A stretch of 64,000 bases of DNA from Camelus dromedarius (Eukaryota), in NCBI RefSeq assembly GCF_036321535.1, contig NC_087436.1:49292001-49356000 (forward strand). Reading direction: 5' to 3'. Made by a program: the position numbers and the translations under genes. Below are positions 53,501-64,000 of this stretch, in pieces. The stretch's first letter is position 1. Each line of letters opens with the position of its first letter. A model generated the notes under the pieces. The model was not told where the DNA came from and searched no databases. It saw nothing but the letters and a program-made list of their open reading frames with translations.

Positions 53501-54554
53501 CTTCTTAAGAACAAAATCTATATTCTTAAGAGGTCTGAGAAGCAAGATTCTTTTTCACAACATCTCTTCCCTCAAGGGATATTTAGTTTGGTTTATGGAA
53601 ATAAGACCAAAGTAACTTTTCTCTCTGCTCTTTCACATTATGATACTGCAGAAAGTTTAAAACAATCTATAAGGAACCCTGAATTCAACCTTCACAGTTC
53701 TGAAATATTTCTCATAAGCATAAAGGTGTTTGAATATAATACTATTTTTTTCTTTGAAAGGAAATGAGAAAGTCACTTATAAAATGCAATGAAACATACT
53801 TACTTAAAATCTGCGATATGCTGCAGTAGTCATGTGTGTGTATATATTTTGAAGTTCAAATTCTAATTTGAAGTTCTGTGAAATTTCAGAAAATACTATC
53901 TTGTCCAAGTTCTTTATTTAAAAATGAGAAAATAGTAATAAACTTCCTGCCCAGCCTCACATGAAAAGCCCAAGAACTCATTTGAAGTCAACATGCATTT
54001 TTGCAATACCAAATATGTACTGATCCTGTTTGGCCTGTCTGAGAAGTGCATGCTTTGGACATATGAAGGTGATAAGCCTTGGAAAAAGATAAGAAAACAG
54101 ACTTTCAAAACAGGTAAAGACATGCATATGAAAATGAATAATGCAGTCCAGAAGAAAGAATCCACTCTATTTCTGTAGGTCACCCCAAATGGTCAAATAC
54201 AACACTGGCAGCAAGAACCAGCATCCTTTATCAAGAAACAGTTGTAGCTCAAGAGTTGTACCTTGGTGGTACTTGTATAGAATTTAAAGATTTCAGAAGA
54301 TACCTCAGTGAGTTACACTGTGAGTGACTACTGGCTTCTGTTACCTGGCTATGTGGTTACATACTATTATGTCAATAAAAAAAATTAAGTCAATTCTTCT
54401 GATTACAGAAAATCCTCTGTATTTGGAAGAAGAGTAGAAAGAACTACTCTATCAGTTTGTACTTCATTTCACTAGCATCAAGTAGAATATTAATCATATG
54501 GGTTTTTTATGCTACTAAATCTTTGGAATCACAATTCTCTACAACTATTGGTCT

Positions 54555-54670
54555 ACATTCAACAAATATCTATTGTGGGCTTACAATGTTCCACGCACTG
54601 TGCTAGACAATGGCAATAACACTTTAAACAAAACAGAAATACAACTCCCACCATGAAACTTACAAATCAC
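54555..54670 (-). mobile_element. L2 3' tail
   Basis: cattcaacaaatatctattgtgggcttacaatgttccacgcactgtgctag. Confidence 0.7.
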
Positions 54671-55116
54671 ACTCAAATTCTACTACATTTTGAACCTTTA
54701 GTAATAAAAGCAATAGTGAAATAAAAATGCACTCAAAACACTGTGGCTTTACATTAAGCACACCCCCTTTTTTTAATGAATAAAGAAGGTGTTTCAAAAC
54801 CTTTGGAAAATTCGCACTGACGAATCATCTGTCTATAACTATTTTCCACTATGAACTAGATGTCAAGGACACTTGAATTCAGAACTAATATTTTAAATGA
54901 TATTATCTCATCATGATGGTAGATGCTAAGAGATACTGAAAACAGTGTCATTTCTGCTAGCTAGAAGGAAGTTGTAACCACACAACTGAGAGAAAGGAAG
55001 CAGAAAGAAGAACATAAGCATTGCTCATCTTTCAGGAGGTTTGAGTCCAAAAGTCTATTTATAAATTAGTTGTTTAAAACTTAAGGTAGCTTCTCAAATA
55101 GTGTTTTTATATTTTT

Positions 55117-55225
55117 AAGTTTCTTTATTTTTTAAAATCTTTTATGGCTTTTTCCTTCTTAATGGAGGCACTGGGGATTGAACCTAGGACCTATACTCTA
55201 TCACTGAGCCTGTAGCCCCACCTCC
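55117..55225 (-). mobile_element. Vic-1-type SINE with an internal deletion
   Basis: taatggaggcactggggattgaacctaggacct joined to actctatcactgagc; T-rich tail; degenerate TSD tgttt(tt)atatttt. Confidence 0.75.
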
Positions 55226-55534
55226 AATGTTTATATTTTGAAGTAGCCTTTTAAATACATAATGTAACTGAAATACTATCCAATTATAACAACATCAGAA
55301 AAAAACTACAGTTGCCAATATGTATGATATTTTAGCTACAAATGTTTCCTTGGCCCTAGAAATTCCTGGGAGACTATCTCAGCTATGCCATGTGGATCTG
55401 AAAGGCTAATTCCACCCATGTGTGCTGAATGTATGTATTTGTTTATCTTCAACTTCTGATGGGGAGGAATCAGGAGGAAAAAAACACAAAGAATAGTGAA
55501 GTTAAAATTATATCATTGCCTTTTTTTCCCACCA

Positions 55535-56360
55535 TTTCATTCACCCATACATTCACCAAATATGTATTCAGTGCCTGCCATGTGCCAGCCACTGTTGTAG
55601 GTGCTGAGGCTACATGTGACCCAAACAATGCCCTTGTTCTCACGGAACTCACATCTCCTGGGGGGAGCAGACAATGAACAATTTATTTTCAAAAGCAGAA
55701 ACAAATACTCTGCCAAGTGACCAAAAAAAAAAAAAAAAAATCCTAGTGAAAGAAAATGAGACAAGGTAAAGTGTGGCAGTTCTGTTAAATGGTTCTGGAA
55801 CTTGTCCTTGTAAAACTAACACTCAAGGAGAGATTAGAAGGAAGGGAAGAAGCAACACATGTGGATATCTAGACAAAGGCTGTTCCAGGAAGAGAAAACA
55901 GCAAGTGCAATACCTGGAGGAAAGAGGATGCTCATCTGGTTCCTGGGACAGCAAGAAAGCCATGGAGATGAGAGTGAGGTAGAAAAAAGAGTGGCAAGAA
56001 ATGGAATCAGAAACATAAACATTGGCCAGATCATCTGAGACCTCATAGGCCATGGAAAGGACTTCGGCTTTTACTCTTGAGTATGTGGGGATCCACTGAT
56101 GGCTTTAAACAGAAGAGGACGCATGATCTGGCTTAATTTTTAAATGATCACTTGAATTTCTTGGTTGGGTAAAAGATCACAGTGAGGTGAGGAAGGGAAT
56201 GCAAACCAGAAGCAGGGTGACCCATTAGGATGACACTGCAGGACTCAAAGTTAAACATGACAGTGGCTTGCAAGAGTGTGGAAATGGTGGAATGGTGGGA
56301 AATGGTCAAATTATGGACGTGTTTCAAAGCTAGAGTCAACAAACTTTGAGGGGTTGAATA
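55535..56360 (-). mobile_element. L2a-like 3' region
   Basis: cattcaccaaatatgtattcagtgcctgccatgtgccagccactgtt...ggccatggaaaggacttcggcttttactct. Confidence 0.8.
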
Positions 56361-57049
56361 TTTTACCTGTTGTTTCTAATGTTCCCTTCATTCCCTGAAG
56401 TTAGGGAAGTGGGGTCTCAGAAAAACATTATACCTTTATGGATATTGCATTTATTTTTAAAGATCCCTAAGCAGAGCAAAACGATGAAATTTAAATTGTA
56501 CCTCCTTTTCTTATTTTCTAGTACCTGGTACTGAGCAGCAAAGTAAGTAAAAGATAGAAGATGAGCAAAGTGTCCTCAAGGACTCAGAAATTAGCTAGTC
56601 AGTCACACCTTAGATCTGCAATGAATGAATCTCTACTGTTAGGATTAATAAGCACAATTACAGACTAAGCCTGGGGATTATAAGGCTGAAGCATGGTGGG
56701 GATATGAAGGGCTTACTAAGCAAAGCCACGCATCAAGTTTTGAAAATTAGTCTGTAATGGACTCTACTACTACTATTATCTTTGAAAGGAGCAGAAATAA
56801 AGTACCAGTAAAACTGTAAATACATGTATATATTATCTATTTACATACTATACAGTGTATACAAACACTTTTGAAAGTTGGTTGCATTGTTTTGTAGAGA
56901 TTGTTAGGATAGAATCTAACTCCTTTGTTTCTCTAATTTTTCTGCAAATTTAATTCATTCCATAGAATTTGAGCCACATACAGGCTGTCATTAAAACGAA
57001 TCAATCAGAAGGTATAAGACTTTTTGGAAGGTAAAATTCAATTGTTAAC

Positions 57050-58890
57050 ATAAAAAAAAATCAAAAGAGTTGAGAAAATAAAATATAGAGAGAAAACAGG
57101 TGGAAAATATGAGAAGAAATTTAATAAACAAGAAAAATAAATTGAGGAAGCCTAATGTTGAATTAATGTAAGTTACATAAAGACAGACAGGAAAAAAAAA
57201 AATAAAGCAGAATAAATAATAAGAGGTAAAACAGAAAAAGCTCCTAAAGCTGAATAAAGGCACTTTCCCCCTAGATTGTACAGGATCATTTAATGTTGGG
57301 AAGGAGGCATTTAAAAAGTTATGACTAGATATATTTGGACTCAGATACTCCTTTGAGCTTTTAATTTTCTGGTGGAGATAAAAAGATCAAAATAAGCACT
57401 TTAAAACAAAGTTATCTAAAAAAGATGAATCATATTAACATCAGATATCTCATAAGCAACACTGGATGAAGGACAGCAATGTGCCAATGTCCCCCAAGTT
57501 CTGAGGGAAAATTACTTTGAACCAGGAATCCTACATACCATTATTTAATCAATTAACTCTGAGAAAAATTTAATGCGCCTGGACATGCAAGGACTTAGTT
57601 TTCATCCCATGCACCATTTCTGGAAATAAAATAACTTGGGGACATACATCAGTGAAAAGGGAAAAAAAAAAAAAAAAGAATCAGATACAGAGAAAAACAT
57701 GGGACTAAAGCAATAAAGGACCTAACCAGGAGAATAATGAGAAGGAACTTTATCAGAATAATCAGAGAGCACAGAGAAGGAATGACCTTAAGAAGAACAT
57801 ATATTTCATTCACCAAGTGGTATAATTAAGAAATTTGAAAAATCACTGCAATATGATGAAAACATATTTCTTCTATCAAGAACAACAACAACAAAGCACA
57901 GGAACACTATTTACAAAAGCTAAAATATGAAAGCAACCTAAATCCCCATCAAGAGGTGAATGGATAAAGATGTGGTGCAGACAGACAGATGGGATGGAAT
58001 ATTACTCAGCCACAAAAAGGAATGAAATTTTGCCATTTGCAACAATGTAGATGGACCTAGAGGGTATTATGCTTAGTGAAATATGTCAGCCAGACAAAGA
58101 CTAATACTGTATGTTTTCACTGATGTGTGTAATCTAAAAAATAAAACAAATGAATATAACAGAAACATATTCATAGATTTAAATAACACACTAGTGGTAA
58201 CCAGGGGAGACAGGGATAGAGGGAGGGGCAAGATAGGGATAGGTGATTCAGAAGTACAAATTATTATGTATAAAATAAGATGCAAGGATGTCCTGTACAA
58301 GACAGGGAATGTAGCCACTATCTTATAATAACTTTAAATGGAGTATAATCCATAAAAATGTTGAATCACTGTTATATACCTGAAATATACAGAAAATCAA
58401 CTATTCTTTAATAAAAAAATAGAATTTGAGAAAAATGACAAGGTCACAGGAAAAATCAAAGTCCAAGTGTGAAAGGAAACTAAAACATGACATAATTTTG
58501 AGAAATCAAAGGAATTTTAGAAAATGAAATCCATTTTACCTTGATGCTTAAAATATCCTTGCAACAAACCAAGTTTTAGTGCTATAGGATCATTTTTTCC
58601 TTCTTTACATAGTCAATCACACCATTTGGTGTTATAGTGAATTCTATTTATTATAATCACATTGTAAATGCTGTTTTTTTTTTTTTCAGTTAGCATTAAG
58701 AAACAGCACAGTAGAAACCGCTATATGTGCAGAAGAGAATATATAGAATACAGATGTTGACAGAAGGCAGGGGAGGAAACGTAGATGGCAATGAGGAATA
58801 CTAATTTTTTTGTTTTTTACTTCTTTCATGGTGTGGAGTCAGGAAAGTATGGTCTGAAATTGATAATTTTGAGAATTAAATGTATTACTG
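57050..58890 (+). mobile_element. HAL1-like (L1 ORF1-related) element interrupted by an L1 3' end
   Basis: ORF1-like motifs acatcagatatctcataagcaacactggatg and aagttctgagggaaaattactttgaaccaggaatcctac with no ORF2 following. Confidence 0.6.
57897..58420 (+). mobile_element. L1 3' end
   Basis: aagcaacctaaatccccatc...gccatttgcaacaatgtagatggacctagag...aataaaaaaa. Confidence 0.85.
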
Positions 58891-59954
58891 TGGGGAGGAA
58901 TAACAAAGACATACTTTGATTATATCATTTAAAAATTTTTTGTTCTTACCATGTGCCTAAATTTTTGAAGTCACTGTGAAAACTAATCAATCAATCAAAA
59001 ATCTCCCTTTGTAATGTTTATTTTCCAGAAATAATAGTTCATATTTAGGATGGAACTCAAGGATATTTCCAGCCAACACTTAGCAACAAGTCTGTCCGTA
59101 ACTATGTATGTATGTACATATGTGAGGATCGGCTATGCACTTGGTTGCATGTTAATTATTGTGGGAAGATTCAACAGACATACAAGATGTGAGCTTGGTT
59201 CTCAAGGAAACTTCACATTGTTGAAAGACAGCTACTGACACATAAATAGCTAATATAATTTTAAACTGTTAACTAATTGGAAGACACTCCAAAGTATCTT
59301 TTACACAGGCCCCAAATCCTATGACACCACCATGTAAGGAATTTTCATTCCCATGGGAAACTCCTGGGATTAACACAGCAAGGCTATTATCTATCTTTAA
59401 GCAAGGTATGCCAAAGAATCTGTTCTTGTTCTTAAAAATGGGATATGCAAGAGTAAGAATAAATAGCATCTATAATCCTTAGTCATTTTTAAGTCGAGCA
59501 TACTATCATTTTATATTTCTATGGAGAAGCTTGTCTGTATCCTTTCAGTAGACCTAACAAAGACAGTAAAAGATGATTGTGAACAAATGACAGTATGGGC
59601 TCATAATTTGTATCCCCATTGAAAGACTAAAAGGGATGGAAATAATCCCTCATCTCTTTCTCCTAGAGATACTCTTCAGAGACTCTGCTTCTAGTCTTGT
59701 GCAGTCTCTGTCAGGACACAAGGTTGAGAAAGCTTTGCCAACTCCAGTGCCGAGGCCCATTCAGGCAACTGCAGAATCACACCTTTGAGCAGAGGGTTGG
59801 AAGCATCCTGGAAAATTCCTCACTTGACCAGGTTGTAAGCCAACAATTTCCATCTCATTATGATTTTTAAAAAACCATAGTATTAATTCTTTCCCATGAA
59901 TTAGCTCTCTTCTTGCCTAATACACAGATGCTCAACATTTGCTTGAGGAATGAG

Positions 59955-60180
59955 TATTTATTCAGTCACCACAAATTTCCCAAGTAACATGCTGGATGCT
60001 TTGTTTATGATAACTCACCTCACCCTCCCAGCAACATGTGAGATAAGCGTTTTTAGTTGTTCCCACTTTACAAATGGGGTAGCAGATTCAGAGAGGCTAA
60101 AGCTACTGTGTTGAGTAAGAACATACATAGCTTATAAGAAGGCAAGTCAGGATTCAAAACTAGATCTTAACTCGAAAAAC
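59955..60180 (-). mobile_element. MIR
   Basis: cccactttacaaatgggg...ttcagagaggctaa...gtcaggattcaaaactagatct. Confidence 0.7.
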
Positions 60181-60497
60181 CAGATTGTATGATGACACCC
60201 AGCTATTTAGGAGTTGATTTTGATTCGTTAGAAATAAGGAGGCAATATGGATCCTGGGGGGTGGGGAGTGGGGGAAATAGGGTGAAAAGCAGAAAGATCT
60301 AGAAGAGGGTAGGAGAGAAAGCTCACAGAGGTGAGAACATCAAGGAGGAAGAAATAACAGTCACAATGAACAGAGTGAAAAAGGGCAGGGCAAAGGAAGC
60401 AGAAATGGAAAGGCGCAGAGCAAACGGCCACAGTAAAATATTCTATAGGGCTTAGTGATAAATTTGGAAATAGGGAAATGTCAAGGATAATTCACAC

Positions 60498-60668
60498 TGT
60501 ATGAGGAAATTATTTAATCCTATATCCTGGTTTCTTCCTTAGTAAAATGGGGATAGTATCACCAACAAAAATAGAGATGATGTGAGAATTGAATAAAATA
60601 ATCTCTGGAAATGCCTACTATGAGGCTTAACACAATGAAAGAACTTAGTCAATATTGGCTATTATTAG
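60498..60668 (+). mobile_element. MIR
   Basis: gtttcttccttagtaaaatggggatagta...gtgagaattgaataaaata...ggctattatta. Confidence 0.7.
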
Positions 60669-61293
60669 AATGGTAAATACCCTGCTATTCAATTTGAGGC
60701 AACTGTCTCTACCTTCCCATGCCTCAATTTTTTTTCTCATTTATTCTGCAACAAATAGTCTCAAAAATTTTTTCAACCAATAAAAATCTATGATTCTGTT
60801 TGAAAATGAACTATATTTTTGCAAATCTGATGAATAATTTATTGAAATATTGAAGTAAAGGTGGTGAGAATCAAGGTGGCACTATCTTCCACCTTAGTAG
60901 TAAGTAGTAGGAAACTTCTCTAGTTCACACAGCCAGATCTGTAACATAAAAACATACTCAAACACACACACACACACTCAAAATAAAACCCAGAGTCCAG
61001 AAAAATCTGTTAAAAGTCCAAAGAGGTAGATTAAAAAGTTTTGGATAATTTGTTACAAGTAGGAAAGAGTTTGAAATATCTTTTAAACGTTCATAGTTTG
61101 TAATAGAGCACTTTTTCATTGAAAACTCCTTCTTCTCATTTATAACATGTTTTCACCCTTTTAGACACTTTTCCATGTTTAAATACAGTTGCTTGGTATT
61201 TAGTTGTATGAAGACCACCACCTTACTAGTATATATTTTCCAAAATTATCACTTACCTTTTTTCACCCTTTATCATGATTGTACCAGATAAGA

Positions 61294-61306
61294 GGGGGAT
61301 TCCCCC
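61294..61306. promoter_or_regulatory. Palindromic NF-kB-type site GGGGGATTCCCCC beside a GATA motif
   Basis: Motif match only; no functional data. Confidence 0.35.
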
Positions 61307-64000
61307 ATGTATTGTAGATAAAGCTTCTTAAAGTAGTTCCATACAAACATACCCAGTGATTTTGAAAAGCAGTTCTATATGTAGTAGGAATGGCATATTT
61401 TCACAAATAGAAATAATAGATGAGAAACAATTTTTCAAAACCAGAGAAAATGGTGGCTCTAACCCCAATTGTCTGTTCCCATGCAGGTATGTAGTCATTT
61501 TATTAGAGATGGGTAAGTTGCCATAATAGCTTCTAAAAGAGTCTGAGTCAGCTGGGTTATGAAAGAGAGTGACACTTTTTAGAGCTTCGTCACCTTCAGT
61601 CGTTGGATACCAAAGCGCTTACTCACTTGTCCAAGTTAAAAGCTACTATTTTAAGTTCAAAGTAGAAAGCTCCTTTCGGGTGGTAATCATAGTTTAAAAT
61701 AAACAATGTGGGGGGTTGGGGAAAAGCCCCCTTTAAGCATCCGCTGTTTTCCCTCCAGGCAAGTTTTACTACAATGAGTGCCTTCTTATTCTCTATCAGT
61801 ATTCATGACCCAGGTCATTAAACAGTTTGTGAGATACAGACCGCCCCTTCCCCCTCTGTTACATCACTAGTGTTCAGAACTCTGGACTCGTGTGTGTAAA
61901 CATTGAAGCCACGTGCGCTTGACACATGGGAAGGCATCAGGATGACCCGGAACTCCTACGCAAGAGGGAACACCCTGGCGCCAATCTTAACATCACCAAA
62001 CGGGCCGTTTGTTTTCATGTGTGAGTGCCTATGTGATTCTTCAGCAGTCTTCTGAAGGAACCATATGAAAGCAGTTTATATAAAAGACCCTTCATGTGCA
62101 CCTTCGTGATATTTGGAAAAATGCATCACATTAGTATTTTTTCATTTTATATTCACAGACAGTTTTACTATGGTTTGTTTAATTAATATTTAACCATTTC
62201 TACCTAAGAGGATTTAACTCATATATTAAAAGTCCAAAACTGAATGAGGGTGCACACACAAATGCTCACTCATACACGCTCTCAACGATAGTTGGAAAGA
62301 GAAAACAACCTAAAATTTCCACATTGCTTCTTGATACATGTCTGCACGTTAATCGATCGTTTTGATATAATAGAGACAACTGTGAGTCAGTCTCATCTGA
62401 CTACTGAATAAATCGATGTTTACTGAATGCTTGCCACTTCAGGTAAAACAAAAGTCTAGTCAAACAAAGTTAGATTTAAGCCCTTTCTTGGCAGAACTGC
62501 ATTAATTTATAACCTTTATCAAATTCTGAGCACTTTCAGCTTGTAAGCATACATGATTTACTGTCCAATAAAGGTATATAAGAAGAGGAGAAAATATTAA
62601 TGTTCTAATAAAGGATAAGATCAACCCTGTGAAAGCTCAAAAGCATTCAGATATGGCACTGCCCTTAGTAGGAAAGTAATTTCACACAAACTCTCACTAT
62701 TTGGGGTCTAGGGTAATTAAGATAAATACATCATCTTCAGGCCAAAACAATGAAAAGCATACAAATAAACAAATGAAAACAATTCTTTTAGCTTATAATC
62801 TCTTTTCACCATATCTTAATTCAACATATTAGAAAAGTACAATTGATAGCCGATAACCACTAAATAAGTTATATCTTTTCAAATTCAGAAGGAACTTTTA
62901 CTCAGCAAGAAAGATGAAAAATGCCTATCCTCAGCTTTCATTGTGTTGGTTAAATAGGTCACTGTTTTGATAATTTCTTCTAAAAGGAACAGATTCAAAC
63001 GTTAAACAGCTAAAACTTAATTTCTAAGCCTCATATATAAATAATAGATTTGGACAGATAATCTCTAAATTATTCCAGATCTAAATTTCTCTTATACAAA
63101 ACATTACTTGGTGTTTGGTTTATCTCTTGGGGGAAGAAATCCTTTATTTTTAAAAGTTAAACAAATTCCTTCCATTTACAGTACCATATTTCAAAGATTC
63201 TGATCTTTCCTCTAGTATAAGATAGTGTAATTAGGAAAAAATATATTCTATGAAAGAAGAGTTCAAACAGGCCAACTTTTTAATTCACTACAAGTTCATT
63301 TTTGATGATCTAATTTCAATTCTTTGTTAGGCAAGAAGGGTTCTATTTTTGGATAATCAATGATGACATCCGTCCAAAATGACCCTAAAATGCAATACAA
63401 AAAGAACTCAAAATTTGTTCATATTATAAATATTCCAATCAGTCAGCTTACAATTAACAATGAAAAAAAGCATCAGGAAACATATACCAGATTTACACAG
63501 GATTGGATATTTAAATTCATGGTGTTTTTTTTTAAATGAGACTTTTTTTTAAAAAATGATAAATATAAATGAAAACTCTTAAAGTCAATCTGAGAAAGGA
63601 AGAACAAGTCCCTAAAAATAGATATTTAATTTAAAAAAAACCCCAACAATCCTTAATATATAATTAAAAATAGAGGAGGGTTGAGGGAGGTGTGGTGATG
63701 GGGAACTGAAAAGGGAGGTGGGGAGGGATGGGGACAGGCAGAACAGGACTGGGTATGGAGGATGATCAAATAATAATTTTGAGTATTCTGTGGTCAGAGA
63801 GTCTAGTTGGGCAAGTCAATTTATGAATTCTCTTGCATCTGAAGGTGTTTACAAATAAGAAAACACATTTTTTAAAAAAAGCATTTGTGAGGCTGGGCAG
63901 CAAGGACAAGTGCACCATAAATTACAAACAGAACCAAGGCACAATTTGCCCACATTTCCCAAAATCACACAAAAAAAGTCTGACATAACTGGTTCTGTTT

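Larger units (their letters stand above)
1..64000 (-). other. Intronic interior of a long minus-strand gene (tentatively the multi-exon 5'-UTR region of SGMS1; unverified)
   Basis: The one well-formed exon and most strong splice motifs I found lie on the minus strand; no coding exon found. The gene guess rests only on remembered similarity of the 38113-38257 exon; I could not locate the expected neighbouring UTR exons. Confidence 0.45.

Noticed and set aside
9467..55225. tRNA-Ala-like sequences as tRNA genes
   Set aside because: They have poly(A) tails, TSDs, non-tRNA 3' extensions and broken stems, so they are SINEs.
1..64000. Many TGA(C/G)TCA AP-1 sites across the window
   Set aside because: Any excess over the mammalian dinucleotide background cannot be established without computation.

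Overview
Mammalian genomic DNA, very probably camelid (alpaca/llama/camel), judged from six tRNA-Ala-derived SINEs of the Vic-1 type. The window is AT-rich and repeat-rich, and I can support no protein-coding gene; the listed ORFs are decayed LINE-1 fragments or chance ORFs. It looks like the intronic interior of a long minus-strand gene. One clean 145-nt internal exon (38113-38257) has stops in all three frames and resembles, from memory only and unverified, a 5'-UTR exon of SGMS1. The rest is L1 (old L1M types, L1MA9-like, and a younger artiodactyl/camelid type with TSDs), HAL1, L2, MIR, CR1/L3, hAT MER elements, an ancient Gypsy-like solo LTR and microsatellites. All repeat family names are by eye and need RepeatMasker/Dfam confirmation. 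I found no convincing new multi-gene system. The best leads are a recursive-splice-site-like motif at 31383|31382, overlapping uORFs with an AUGA stop/start in the exon, an 8-bp microrepeat that builds a DR2 nuclear-receptor array, candidate alternative first exons, and an unexplained 73-bp direct repeat.
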